DNA of 64,000 nucleotides from a virus: positions 50,725-114,724 of IMG/VR virus record IMGVR_UViG_3300028625_000001, one strand, 5' to 3'. Shown here one piece after another: positions 1 to 10,790 of this stretch. The notes beneath the pieces are model-generated. The model was given only the letters and a program-made list of their open reading frames with translations. It was not told the DNA's origin and did not search any database. The translations under genes were made by a program, and so were the position numbers. Every line of letters starts with the position of its first letter. Position 1 is the first letter of the stretch.

Positions 1-37
1 AGAACTCTTCCAAGAATATACAAAAGAAATAGAAGGA

Positions 38-3000
38 ATGGCCTTCTCGGATTATATTGATGCTAATTTTGATATCTCTAACCTAGACTTCGACAATGCA
101 GAAAAACTTATAGAAGCCTTACAGGGAGAAAACACAGAAAGGTCCTTGAAGCAGATTCTTATTTTAAGTGCTGCAATTGGACAGGCCACAAAGAGGATAG
201 AGGGGTTGGGGAACGAGCTCCAGGATGTCGAAATTCCCCAGGATGATCTTGATGCGCTTATAAAGTCTTTCAATATCCAGGAGCAAACAAATGTCCTCGG
301 AGATATAGGAGAGGATATCGAGATCGGTGTTGGTGCAATCAACAAGATTTACTCCGACGTTATGAAGACGATTCTCTCTCTCGATTCATTCAAAGCGCTT
401 GAACAAATTAAGAACTTACAATCTCAGTTCGCGGCGTATCATATGGTCGAGAAAAGTAGCGTTGTTTATGCTCTTGATGACTATTTTCAGACCTTCAAAG
501 ACTTGCAGCCACTGGAACAAGTTCTATCAACCACGTTTGGTAAGACTTCGTGGAAAGGGATGTTAGCCAGACTAAATCTCCTTGAGAGTACGAAAGAGGA
601 GAGTCTAGCCCCGGAAATAATAGGGATCTATAAACCCTTCTTAGAGGATATGGTAGCAATTCAAGAACTTGCTCTTGAATACATAACCAATGAGCTTAAC
701 TCTCTTAAGGAAATTGAGGATGCAACTTTTGCCACGACAGAAGAGGCAATTAACTATCTCTTCAAGACTAATTTTGGAGCCAATTGGGAAGACATAGCCC
801 AGCTTGCTATAGGGCAGCCCGGGGTCAGAGGGGACAAACTTGTTTCTCAGCTAGGAATACTTGTCGGACAGGTAAAGTCGGCGAAACCGGAGGAACTAGA
901 CATAGAATCTCTCTATAAAGACATTATCGGAAACCTCGATATGCTTTCTTCTGAAGAGTTCGCAATAGTTCAGAACATGATCCTTGCCGGTGATAGAAGT
1001 GTTGACTGGATAAAGAAGTATTCCGACATAATCAATAAGAGAGAGGATACGCTTTCTGAGGCGGAATCGGTCATAAGACGTCAACTTGACGAGATGAAGC
1101 TTTCTATGCCAGACACTCAGGTACGCGATCTCCGTTGGTCCGGGGCGTATTCCCCAGACAAAGAAATAGAGATCGTTACTAAATACATAAGTCAAGTCTC
1201 CGCACTTGTTGCTGCTCAGACTAAGGCTTTAGGCATAGAAGACCCATTAATAATAGAAAAGTTGCAGGACGCCTTCGATATCGGCGCCGGGAGTTCTTTT
1301 ATTGAACGTCTTGGTGATTTAGAGCTTCAGATAAAGGAGAATACCGAACAGTTTCTTAGCCAATACCAGAGCGTTCTTGACGGAGTAACTTTCCCAATAG
1401 AGCTGGCGGCAGAAATGCAATCAGACCTGACTAAAAAAGCCGCGGTCATAAGGAATAAGACCAGACATGTTTTTACCACAGTCCCAGAGGTCTTGAAGAC
1501 CTATGTAGATCGATTGATAAATCTCATAGGGTCAAGAGACATGGTATATATCGAGAACGAACTAAACGATATACAGACCAGCCTTAAGGAGATCGACCCG
1601 ACAAGTCTTACTGAACAAGATCTTGATAAACTGTCCGAACTGATGGGATATGTCAATTCATGGTCATCTACCATAGTAGATGCAATCTATGGAAACGTAG
1701 GTTCTACTCAGAAAGAATTAACCAACACCATAAATCTTCTAAGACAGAACCAGAACGAACCCATCTTAGAAGAACAATACCAGAATCTATTCGACGCGAT
1801 CCTTGAAATGTATGATAATATCCTTTCTAATGCCGAATCGATGGAGGATAACCTGGCGATAATCGGGAAAAATACGCTACGGACAACGATTATCTCCACT
1901 ATCGAACAGGCAAAAAAAGAGGTTGAAGCGATTGCCAAGCAAGGGACGGGCGCCGATCTCAATAAACTCCAATCCCTCCTTGATCTATCCTCTGTCCTAC
2001 AGGCTAGAATTGATAGCTACAATGAACTCTCGGCTAGTATAGAAGCCGGGATTAGCATGTATGACAAGAACGAAACCATACAATTGATAGTGAATGGTAT
2101 GGAGGAGATTTTTGAGCGCGGGGAGAAGAGGCTTGCCGAGTCTCTAACAATCAGGGTAGAAGACATATACGCAATAATGAGTTCCTTGATAAGCGGAGAT
2201 ACCGCCGGACTAGCTTTCAGCGAAGATGTGTCTGGACTCATAGCCTCTCTTAATGCCGATCAGAGAAAAGCTGTGTACGATAGATTCAATAGAGAGGTTC
2301 AAAAAACCAGATTTGGCGCTCAACAGAACATCGAAGCTCTCTTAAACCAGACACAGTACGGTCAGTTTACCGACCAGATAACCAGCATAGAGAATCTCTT
2401 GGGCCTAAACCGTGAACTTGGCGGGACTGGACTCGCAAAGCTTATACAGACCTCTTTAGATCAATTATACGGTGATATATATGCTTCGATAATAGGGGTT
2501 GTAGCTTCTGTGGATTCAGATATCCAATCTTATATAGACTCCGGTTTTGCGGCGGAATATCTTCCCGATCTGACTCTTCTTAAAAACAGACTTATTTCCT
2601 TTTTGGAAACACCTATAACTACTCTTGAAGAGGCAAAAGAGGCGGCAGTAGAGTTAGAAAAGTTTACAGATGAGTTTGACAGGATCTCGACCGCAACAGC
2701 TTCAAGAAGAACCGAAGCACAAAGAGAGGCAGAAAGAATATTAGAGTCGATTGACACAATTATAGGCTCGGATAATGAGTCGATTGAAGTATATAGACGT
2801 GCTTTGCAAGAGATGCGAACTCTCGATATAACCGATCCATTTGTCAAAAGCCTACTTTCAAAAGAACTCGCTCAAAGAGAGAAAGAGTACAACGCGGCTA
2901 TAGCAGATTACTTTGTTATGAATACCGATAACACAGTCTCCAGAGTCATAGAGGAAATAGAGATATATTCAAGAGCCGAAAGAGGACAGAGAGAGTACGA

Positions 3001-6000
3001 CTATATCGACGACCAGGTAATCGGCTTGAAGGATAATCTAACCTCTCTCCGCGAGACTATAAATGAAGCTTTACAGTATGGCATCTCTGCCCCTGAAACA
3101 ATTAGAAAGCTGGATGAATACATTTCGGGGCTAGATTCTATAACTAAAGAGAACCTTCTTGACCAGGGAGTCGAAATCCTTGCGAGGTTAGACCTAGAAT
3201 TAAAGTTTATAACTGATACGTCCAGAGAGGTTAGAGAAGAACAAACTCGCTTCTTGGGGCAATACGAGGGGTATTTTGACCGTTTCTCCGAACTCTCCCT
3301 TGATACGGTTGAAAACATTCGCAAGTACCGTGAGGTATATGAGCAAGCAAGGGCTGAAATCGATACTTCAATCCCCTTTCTTGCCGAAGGGATGAGGAAT
3401 GTCGAGGAGAATATTCTATCGGCTTACGAACCACAACTAGACCTCATTAAGAGTCTAGCCGACCTTCATTTCGATTACTGGCTTATGGGCTATGGTGGTC
3501 CCGAATACGACAAGATCAAAGAGTATATAAAGCAGCTTGAAGCCATGCCTGCACAGGCGACGGCTCCCGGAGAGGTTTTTACCTACCTCGAAGACATCTT
3601 GACCATAAGAGAGTCTGTGGATCTCTGGACTGACGAGTTTAACTCTCTTTCCAACGAATATACCAAGCAGTTCAGAGACTATCAGAAGAGGTTTGATGAA
3701 GTGAGCTCGATGACCTCGATCTATGAGCAAGCCCGTGCAGCGGGACAGCTCAGGGACGAATTAAAGGCTCAAATGCAGATCCTTCAGACAAAAGAAGTCT
3801 CTGCCTATAGCACATATGCTATAAACAATCTGACTGAAATGTTCAATTCCCTTACTGAAATAGTCGATGACTACGGTACTCAGTTTAAGATGGACTACCT
3901 CGGTTCCTTCAAACAAATGGTGATAGAAAGGACCGACACTTCTCAATTCAGGGAACGAATGATCGATCAATCACTTGATTGGTTGAGCACTCTTTATGGC
4001 TATCGTCAGCAATTGACAGAGGCAATGCCGTGGGGATGGGAAGACAGAGGAGGACTACTCTCTTTAATCGATGAGGCTGTCGCCGCTTTAAGAGGAGAAA
4101 TTACAGGGACCGATTTCCTTGAAGAAGGAGACTTAAACAATCTCGAAGCCATCATAGCTAAAATGAAGCAAGCGCTAGTAGATTTGTCTGAGGTCCAGAA
4201 CGACTTTACTCAAAGATTCGGTTTGACTATAGAACAAATTGGAGAAATATCGCTCAACACCGCAATCTCTCTCCAGGACTACAACGATAGGCTCATTCAG
4301 TTGAAGGCGGATATATCTGAGCATTACGAGGGACAGATCCCGCAAAACGTATTAGAAATCATAGAAGGGCTTGAAAAGAGTTATGTCAATGCTAAGACCT
4401 CTCTTATAGAATCGATTAAGAAGGACGCGGAAAATCTAGCCCTTGGAGAATATTCAAGTATCCTCCTTTCTCTTTCCGCTGTGGTTGGCGATAACAGGTT
4501 GCCCGGGGCGGAAGACGCCCAAGCCATGATAGAAGGATCTTTAACCAAAGAATTGAAGTCTATGTTTAAGAGTAATATCTATCAAATGAGGACCGATCTT
4601 ATATCCAGAAGAAGATGGTTGACGACCCAACCGAACGCAGGCAAAGACATCGAGACTATCGATGCACTCCTCTCTGATTTAGCTTCTATCAATTTTGCAG
4701 AAGCTACAGACTTGGCCTCTTTAACTAACGTAGCCAAAAGAGTGGTGGTACTTTCTTCAAACATCAAAGACCTTCTCGATGGTTACGATAGGATTGAGGA
4801 AGAGATTGAGTCTAACACTATTCTTCAGGATCTCCAGGCTGAATTGGAAACGATAAAAGGAGAGAAGGATGTAATAGTCCAATACCAATTAGCTCAAAAA
4901 TTCAAAGGAAAGTTGGCCGCGGCAAGCCTCTTCGCCAGCAACATTATCGGGGGTATAATGGGAGACCTCATAGCCCAACAGATAAATATGTGGCTTAGAG
5001 AACTCACCGACATGACTAATATAGACATAAGAGACTCCGAAATAGTCAACATTATCGATATGATAAGGCAAGTCCAGACTGGATATCCTCATTCACAATC
5101 GATGGTTCGAACAACACTTAGAGATTATGTGCTCGGTCTTAGCAGTAATGTATCTATGATAAATGAAGCTGCCAGCTATGGAATCGGCGGGACTGAACAA
5201 GTCTTGTTAGGGATAGAAGAGATAGCGAGGTTGATAGATCAGGCGATAAGCGATCCCAGCTCAGTTAGCCTGACTGATCTTGAAAACAAGATCGAAGAAG
5301 TCAAAGAACGTATAGACAATATAAAGACCTTCTCTGAAGATGCCCAAAGAAAGTTCTCTTCAAAATACGGATTCGCAGTAGAGGAGCTTCAACAGAGGGA
5401 TGTGTCTGACTTAACTGCCGCTTTAGACTTCTTAAATGATTATGTCGAGTTAAGAGACTTGATACTAAGCGATGCGGATTATGCCAACGCTCCGGCTATA
5501 CAAAGTTTGCTTAATAGCTTAAAAGCACGCGTTACAGACAGCACGGCTTTGTCCGCATTTAATATCCAGGAGAACCTTCTCTGGAAACTGAAGACGACTC
5601 AAGAAAACGTCCTCTCGATGACTGGAACTTCAGACCCACAACAGAGATATAAGATGGTCCTGGATATACTCGATCAGTTAGCTTTTATTGAATCGACGGC
5701 TCCGGTGGGGTTTAAGACTAGCTTGACTAAAGGGTTATCCGCTCCATACGCATTGGCCAACGTTGGTAGTTTTCAGGACGCTTTAGCCTTTAGACTTGCA
5801 AATATCATAAACGAGATAGCTTCACCGGAATATCTCAGCGCACTCGCCGCAGATCTTTTTGCAGAAGAAGAGAATAAGACTTATAAAGACAGCCTAAGCG
5901 CGAGCATAAGGGGGAAACTCGCCGACGTAAAACTTCTCTATGACGAGATAGGCTCCCTTGCCGGAGAATACGTTGTGACTAACTTCTCCCTTCAGACAGA

Positions 6001-7183
6001 AGAGATGACGAACACTTTCTACGACTATATCTCTAGCGTCAAGAATATCTATGACCAGATGAAAGAAGTAGGACTCATAGATAGAGGTTGGTGGGATGAA
6101 AATGTTGCCCCGATGTTGGCAACGATGGAGATCCCGGACGGGGAAGTTACCGCCGAACAATTTGTTGCTTTCTATGAAAAGATTATATCCTTCATAACCA
6201 TGTTCGAGGAACAAGGGATCGGTGAAGGCGGCTATATCTACCAGAGTATGCTGGATTACATCTCGGAGATAGAAAATGCACTTGCACTAGAACCAGAATC
6301 GACCTTTGAGGCGAATCTAAAGCGGACAGCACAGGGCTTGCTTGCAGAGAAAAATAAGATAGACTTCGTGAAGTCTATGGGCTTTAATACAGAAAGATTG
6401 CAACAACTCTGGCTGGAGAAGGTTTTAGAACAGGCTAATAAGGGAGTAGAGGATTACAAAACCTTACTTGAGGAATATCAAGAGGGTTTAGGATTCTATG
6501 AAATAGAAGACCCGCAGTATAAGGCGGCACTAGAAAAGGCAATTCAGGAACTTGAGAAGATCGATTCCTTCCCTGAGATGGTGGAGAAGATGGCTGAGAT
6601 ATTCTCCCTCATTGCCGAAGCGGGGGGCTCCCTTGAAAAATTAAACAACGAGATTGAAAAGACAGCCGCCATTGATGAATTGAGAGAAGCGATAGGCACC
6701 GGGCTCGGAGGTATTGCCGGGTCTGTGTCTCATCCAGCCTTCAAAGGATTCTTTAACCTACTTTCAGATGCGACAAAGTTCCTTGACCCGAAGATAACCG
6801 AGCAACAAATGAAGGAAGCTTACTCTCTTATGGCGGAGAATTTCATAAACATATTTACTGGACTATTCGATCAAGACCAGGGTTGGGTAAAGGGAATGAA
6901 TATAGGAGCTCAATTCGGTCAGACAGTTGGCCCGGCTCTAACTTCGATGATAGCAAGTATGGGATATTCCAATCCTATGATCTCCTTTGGAACCGTTATA
7001 GTCTCGGCGCTCGCCGGGGCAATAATCGGTTCTCTTACAGACAATTCAGAAAGTACAAGAGACAATACAGAGGCAATAAGAGAACTTACAAGGACTATGA
7101 AAGAGTTTAAGTTGCAGACCTTTGCTATGCCGGACGCTTTTTATATGTACGGCATCAATATTCAACGCGGATATTCTAGTTAA
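38..7183 (+). CDS. Putative tail tape measure protein, 2381 aa
   Basis: Uninterrupted 7.1-kb ORF with a GAAGGA SD just upstream of ATG 38. The body is E/L/K/Q-rich and helical. The C-terminus has Gly/Ala/Ser-rich hydrophobic segments (GTGLGGIAGSV; GPALTSMIASMGYSNPMISFGTVIVSALAGAIIGSL) typical of tape measure proteins. It lies directly upstream of tail-tip and fibre genes. Confidence 0.6.
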   Translation: MAFSDYIDANFDISNLDFDNAEKLIEALQGENTERSLKQILILSAAIGQATKRIEGLGNELQDVEIPQDDLDALIKSFNIQEQTNVLGDIGEDIEIGVGAINKIYSDVMKTILSLDSFKALEQIKNLQSQFAAYHMVEKSSVVYALDDYFQTFKDLQPLEQVLSTTFGKTSWKGMLARLNLLESTKEESLAPEIIGIYKPFLEDMVAIQELALEYITNELNSLKEIEDATFATTEEAINYLFKTNFGANWEDIAQLAIGQPGVRGDKLVSQLGILVGQVKSAKPEELDIESLYKDIIGNLDMLSSEEFAIVQNMILAGDRSVDWIKKYSDIINKREDTLSEAESVIRRQLDEMKLSMPDTQVRDLRWSGAYSPDKEIEIVTKYISQVSALVAAQTKALGIEDPLIIEKLQDAFDIGAGSSFIERLGDLELQIKENTEQFLSQYQSVLDGVTFPIELAAEMQSDLTKKAAVIRNKTRHVFTTVPEVLKTYVDRLINLIGSRDMVYIENELNDIQTSLKEIDPTSLTEQDLDKLSELMGYVNSWSSTIVDAIYGNVGSTQKELTNTINLLRQNQNEPILEEQYQNLFDAILEMYDNILSNAESMEDNLAIIGKNTLRTTIISTIEQAKKEVEAIAKQGTGADLNKLQSLLDLSSVLQARIDSYNELSASIEAGISMYDKNETIQLIVNGMEEIFERGEKRLAESLTIRVEDIYAIMSSLISGDTAGLAFSEDVSGLIASLNADQRKAVYDRFNREVQKTRFGAQQNIEALLNQTQYGQFTDQITSIENLLGLNRELGGTGLAKLIQTSLDQLYGDIYASIIGVVASVDSDIQSYIDSGFAAEYLPDLTLLKNRLISFLETPITTLEEAKEAAVELEKFTDEFDRISTATASRRTEAQREAERILESIDTIIGSDNESIEVYRRALQEMRTLDITDPFVKSLLSKELAQREKEYNAAIADYFVMNTDNTVSRVIEEIEIYSRAERGQREYDYIDDQVIGLKDNLTSLRETINEALQYGISAPETIRKLDEYISGLDSITKENLLDQGVEILARLDLELKFITDTSREVREEQTRFLGQYEGYFDRFSELSLDTVENIRKYREVYEQARAEIDTSIPFLAEGMRNVEENILSAYEPQLDLIKSLADLHFDYWLMGYGGPEYDKIKEYIKQLEAMPAQATAPGEVFTYLEDILTIRESVDLWTDEFNSLSNEYTKQFRDYQKRFDEVSSMTSIYEQARAAGQLRDELKAQMQILQTKEVSAYSTYAINNLTEMFNSLTEIVDDYGTQFKMDYLGSFKQMVIERTDTSQFRERMIDQSLDWLSTLYGYRQQLTEAMPWGWEDRGGLLSLIDEAVAALRGEITGTDFLEEGDLNNLEAIIAKMKQALVDLSEVQNDFTQRFGLTIEQIGEISLNTAISLQDYNDRLIQLKADISEHYEGQIPQNVLEIIEGLEKSYVNAKTSLIESIKKDAENLALGEYSSILLSLSAVVGDNRLPGAEDAQAMIEGSLTKELKSMFKSNIYQMRTDLISRRRWLTTQPNAGKDIETIDALLSDLASINFAEATDLASLTNVAKRVVVLSSNIKDLLDGYDRIEEEIESNTILQDLQAELETIKGEKDVIVQYQLAQKFKGKLAAASLFASNIIGGIMGDLIAQQINMWLRELTDMTNIDIRDSEIVNIIDMIRQVQTGYPHSQSMVRTTLRDYVLGLSSNVSMINEAASYGIGGTEQVLLGIEEIARLIDQAISDPSSVSLTDLENKIEEVKERIDNIKTFSEDAQRKFSSKYGFAVEELQQRDVSDLTAALDFLNDYVELRDLILSDADYANAPAIQSLLNSLKARVTDSTALSAFNIQENLLWKLKTTQENVLSMTGTSDPQQRYKMVLDILDQLAFIESTAPVGFKTSLTKGLSAPYALANVGSFQDALAFRLANIINEIASPEYLSALAADLFAEEENKTYKDSLSASIRGKLADVKLLYDEIGSLAGEYVVTNFSLQTEEMTNTFYDYISSVKNIYDQMKEVGLIDRGWWDENVAPMLATMEIPDGEVTAEQFVAFYEKIISFITMFEEQGIGEGGYIYQSMLDYISEIENALALEPESTFEANLKRTAQGLLAEKNKIDFVKSMGFNTERLQQLWLEKVLEQANKGVEDYKTLLEEYQEGLGFYEIEDPQYKAALEKAIQELEKIDSFPEMVEKMAEIFSLIAEAGGSLEKLNNEIEKTAAIDELREAIGTGLGGIAGSVSHPAFKGFFNLLSDATKFLDPKITEQQMKEAYSLMAENFINIFTGLFDQDQGWVKGMNIGAQFGQTVGPALTSMIASMGYSNPMISFGTVIVSALAGAIIGSLTDNSESTRDNTEAIRELTRTMKEFKLQTFAMPDAFYMYGINIQRGYSS

Positions 7184-7185
7184 TT

Positions 7186-7223
7186 AGAGGGCGGGGATAT
7201 CCCCCGCTCTCCTTCTTCTTTTT
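7186..7223 (+). terminator. Candidate intrinsic terminator/attenuator after the tape-measure gene
   Basis: GC-rich hairpin centred on the perfect palindrome GGGGATATCCCC with flanking GC pairs. It is followed by the T-rich run CTCCTTCTTCTTTTT, just after the TAA at 7181-7183. Confidence 0.35.
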
Positions 7224-7238
7224 GAGAGGAGGATCATC

Positions 7239-7682
7239 ATGACCTATAAATGGTTAATTACATACACAGAGGGCAGCGAACAAAAAAACAAAGAACTGAA
7301 AGTAAACCCGACCTCGATGCGAGATGGTTCTTCAGTCTCGGTCCAGAAAGATATCGATTTGAAGAATCAACCCATGACAATTATTATTGGCGATTACCAG
7401 AGAACTTCTTTCACGGCCGAAATCCTTTATGGCGATGAAGAAGAACTCTTGTTTTGGAATACCCTAGCAGCTATGCAAACGGTCTTTACAATAAAGGATC
7501 ATGTGTATCGCAGAGCCGAAAGCGACGGAGTATTTCCCGTGGGTGTAACTACTCTTACAGAGCTGGAACCGTTACACAAACACCAGTGCGTGTTATCCAA
7601 CATAAGTCACACCTATATAACGCGGACTGTCCCCCAGAGATACAACATTACCCTGACTTTTGAGCCTGTGGTGACGTCATGA
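7239..7682 (+). CDS. Hypothetical tail-tip protein (occupies the distal-tail-protein position), 147 aa
   Basis: GAGAGGAGGA SD upstream of the ATG. Its stop overlaps the next start (ATGA). Function is inferred only from position after the tape measure. Confidence 0.5.
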   Translation: MTYKWLITYTEGSEQKNKELKVNPTSMRDGSSVSVQKDIDLKNQPMTIIIGDYQRTSFTAEILYGDEEELLFWNTLAAMQTVFTIKDHVYRRAESDGVFPVGVTTLTELEPLHKHQCVLSNISHTYITRTVPQRYNITLTFEPVVTS

Positions 7683-10600
7683 CGTATATAGGGACTCAGA
7701 ATTTCTTCAATCTAAAGTATAAGGTCGAAGTATATGATGGTGCTTCTTGGGTAGAAGTCCGCCTGGGGACAGGGACTCTCGACAGAGACGTCGATTATAT
7801 CTCTTCGACTCTAACTCTTCAAGGGATAGACGGTGCTTATTGGTATAGAAACTCCGACCCTATTCTGGGAGCCGATGATGAGCCTTTATTGAAGGCTGGA
7901 AGACGGATAAGGGTAATGAGAATTTGGGGCAAGACCAACCCAATAAGCGAACAACGTTTCGTCGGCTATATAGGGACGCCGAAATACGATGCAAAAACAA
8001 GAAAAGTCTCTGTAGAGGCTTATTGTGATCTATATTGGGTCTTAAGGTCGGAAGTCGTCTTCGATACGATTAATAGAAACAACAGCACTAAACGGGTCGT
8101 TTCTTTCAATGGAGCTTATGATGAAACTAAGACTTTACTGTATTCAGAGACGACTAATTGGTATGACTTTGCGGGGCCTACCGGCGGCTTAATTCGCCCG
8201 CGGATACAACTTACCATTCCTTCGGCTTATTCTACAAAGCCTTATATATTAGGAAGACTATCCAATATAAAGCTTGAGATAAAGAACCCCGGCCCATTTC
8301 TGAACGATCAGGTCAATATAGAGATGACTACCTTTCTTTATGTCAATGGAGATGAAGACGCACGCGTAGCGGAAGTGAAGACGACCATCAATAAGTCCGC
8401 AAAACCGAATGATGTAATAGAAATTTCCCTGGGGGATATCTCCTTCGCGCTAACTTCTTATCCTAGTCAAATACATCTTGGTGCGGATTTTGAACTGCTT
8501 GAAGGTTGTGCAATTTTCACTTCTTTAATCCCTGGCCTGGGGAATATCCTTGCGGGCTGTCTTTATAGATATAGCTATGATCTGTTTATCACGGGGTATG
8601 AAACGACAGACGACATAATAACAGTAGATAAAACGGTAGTTGGAGACGGAATAGTCTTGACTATACAAGACTCATCAGGCAGTCCGAAAACGATAGATGA
8701 GTCTATGTTCGTGGGCGTAAAGATCCTTTCCCCATTCATAAACCCAAAGACAAAAGATTGGTTCACTACAGAAGAATTGACAGATGAACAGCCGACTCCG
8801 ACAGGGCTTATATCGGAAAAGGAGGTCCTGCCGGGGGACCAGGGCTTTGTTTTGGGTGCACTAAAGGGACAGATCATTTTACCAAGCACAACAATTCCCA
8901 ATCATATAAGAGATTACGTAGTCTATCAGAAAGAATGGCTTCTCTCAGACATTATAAAGAACGCCATTATCACGGCTTATCTCATAGATTCCAACTATTC
9001 CCTTCAAGAACTCCTGACCGATCTATTGACCAGGAGCGGCGCGAGCAACTTGAGCCTAACCTCCACTTATCCTACTCTTGTAAAGGTTGGAAGCTATTCG
9101 ATCGCTAAGAGGACGAAGTTTGAAGATATTCTACGCGAGCTGAAGGGCGGCGTCTTGCCGCGGAGTTATGTCCTTTATTCCGATACGAGCGGACAGGTCA
9201 AAGACGATGTTTATTCCGTTTCTTCTGCAAGTCTAAGACAGTTTTCAAGGGCAAAAAACAGGACCCCCGCGGAGAGATCCCCCGACGAGCTGGTGACTGC
9301 CTATCAGATAACGGTAGGTAAGGTAGACTCCTTAGAAATACTGAAAAATAAGTCGTACTATGTCGGATTAGACTCGGATAATGAATCTTTTCTAAAGTCG
9401 GTCAACAACTATGGAGATTCCTTATTCGAAAAAGACTTGGGTGGAGAGACAACATTATACGCCTTCTTACAACCGGACGTCATTCCAAGATACATCGATC
9501 TTCAGTTCGAATATATTCAGAACGACGATCCTGTAGAAGTTTCGTCTCAAGTATTCGTAGCTCTTTGGGAAGACTTGATGGACCTGTCAGGTCCTCTTTC
9601 TTTCAGCGATCTCCCCTGGAAGAATGTCGGCGGGCAAGGCAGCAACACTTATCTCGGGAGTGGATTAAGTACGATAGATATAAGCGGGATGATAAGCAGA
9701 CCGGTAGCAGCGATTAAGATCGTCCTTGACATAAAAGGAACGGTAGCCTTCAAAAGGTGGTTCCTATACGAGGACACAGAGACTAAGCACGTTGAGCTCT
9801 CCCCTTATCCGCAAAATGTCCCTGTAAAAGTTGCTAAATATGTTTGGAATGGAGACGAAGAACCGACGGGTGACGACGTATCAAATATTGCAGCGACCGG
9901 ATATATTGACCCGATACCAGGTTCTACGACCTATAAATTGATAGCCACAAAACACTTCCTTTATTCTCCATCATTAAGCAGGTTCGAGATAGATACCGAT
10001 AGACCTGTGGTAGGAACCTCGAATAAAAACATCCTATTGCCCTATGAAGGACTTGCCGTATCAAACGAGAAGTATATGGCAGCGCCTTTTGCCGACAACT
10101 GCAACCGGAACGAGGCACAATACGGTCTTGCTTGCGGAATATTCAAGGCTCGCGGAGAAGGATTGCCCAGAGCGACGATAAGTCAGATAGATGTCTGGAG
10201 AGTCGGTCATATGGCAGACCAGGAACAATACACTTTCCCGACAAAAGGCGACCTCTCCGGGACTCCGAAAGGAGTCTTGATATTTACCAACGAGTCTTCC
10301 GACGACTCGGGAATAGACCATGACATAATATATATAGAGTCGGCCAATATGACTTATACAGCTAAAAAAATAAGCTTCACTCTACCGACGATGGTTCATA
10401 TATTGTTGGTGTCAAGCAACCTTCCGGGAGTTTTAGATAAGAAGGTCAATGCTATTGCGGCTTTCAACTATACTTCATCGCAAATCCCCTATATCTCCAG
10501 AGATTTAGGCAGAAACGACGCTTTCTTGGTGGATGACGGGATAATGCGATATCTCATGACTTATGCCGCGTTTGATACTATTACTTTCAATAAAGAGTCT

Positions 10601-10777
10601 TGTCCGGTTACGGTCCCTATAGACGATTCGGGCAATATTGTTGATTTCTTAGATCGAGTCGATATCTATGACCCCGACCTTGATGATTATGTAGCGTCGG
10701 TAGTCCTGGCAACGCGAGAAAACTTCAGCGGGGAGTCGATAACGTTCAATTTTGATTTTGGCGTTTTGATTGAATAA
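7679..10777 (+). CDS. Large tail-tip/baseplate-hub-like structural protein, 1032 aa
   Basis: Translationally coupled (ATGA) to the upstream gene. Size and position (tape measure, small protein, ~1000-aa protein) match Tal/hub-type tail proteins. I recognised no catalytic motif. Confidence 0.5.
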   Translation: MTYIGTQNFFNLKYKVEVYDGASWVEVRLGTGTLDRDVDYISSTLTLQGIDGAYWYRNSDPILGADDEPLLKAGRRIRVMRIWGKTNPISEQRFVGYIGTPKYDAKTRKVSVEAYCDLYWVLRSEVVFDTINRNNSTKRVVSFNGAYDETKTLLYSETTNWYDFAGPTGGLIRPRIQLTIPSAYSTKPYILGRLSNIKLEIKNPGPFLNDQVNIEMTTFLYVNGDEDARVAEVKTTINKSAKPNDVIEISLGDISFALTSYPSQIHLGADFELLEGCAIFTSLIPGLGNILAGCLYRYSYDLFITGYETTDDIITVDKTVVGDGIVLTIQDSSGSPKTIDESMFVGVKILSPFINPKTKDWFTTEELTDEQPTPTGLISEKEVLPGDQGFVLGALKGQIILPSTTIPNHIRDYVVYQKEWLLSDIIKNAIITAYLIDSNYSLQELLTDLLTRSGASNLSLTSTYPTLVKVGSYSIAKRTKFEDILRELKGGVLPRSYVLYSDTSGQVKDDVYSVSSASLRQFSRAKNRTPAERSPDELVTAYQITVGKVDSLEILKNKSYYVGLDSDNESFLKSVNNYGDSLFEKDLGGETTLYAFLQPDVIPRYIDLQFEYIQNDDPVEVSSQVFVALWEDLMDLSGPLSFSDLPWKNVGGQGSNTYLGSGLSTIDISGMISRPVAAIKIVLDIKGTVAFKRWFLYEDTETKHVELSPYPQNVPVKVAKYVWNGDEEPTGDDVSNIAATGYIDPIPGSTTYKLIATKHFLYSPSLSRFEIDTDRPVVGTSNKNILLPYEGLAVSNEKYMAAPFADNCNRNEAQYGLACGIFKARGEGLPRATISQIDVWRVGHMADQEQYTFPTKGDLSGTPKGVLIFTNESSDDSGIDHDIIYIESANMTYTAKKISFTLPTMVHILLVSSNLPGVLDKKVNAIAAFNYTSSQIPYISRDLGRNDAFLVDDGIMRYLMTYAAFDTITFNKESCPVTVPIDDSGNIVDFLDRVDIYDPDLDDYVASVVLATRENFSGESITFNFDFGVLIE

Positions 10778-10790
10778 GGGGGGATGGGTA

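Noticed and set aside
1-60. Partial upstream gene at the left edge
   Set aside because: Two frames stay open into the window (ending at TAG 30-32 or TGA 58-60). Without upstream sequence neither frame nor function can be chosen.
52-7110. Short ORFs antisense to, or out of frame within, the tape-measure gene (for example 52-345, 896-1195, 2530-2847, 6883-7110)
   Set aside because: They lie entirely inside a long, well-supported ORF, have no SD sites and give low-complexity translations. They are typical shadow ORFs.
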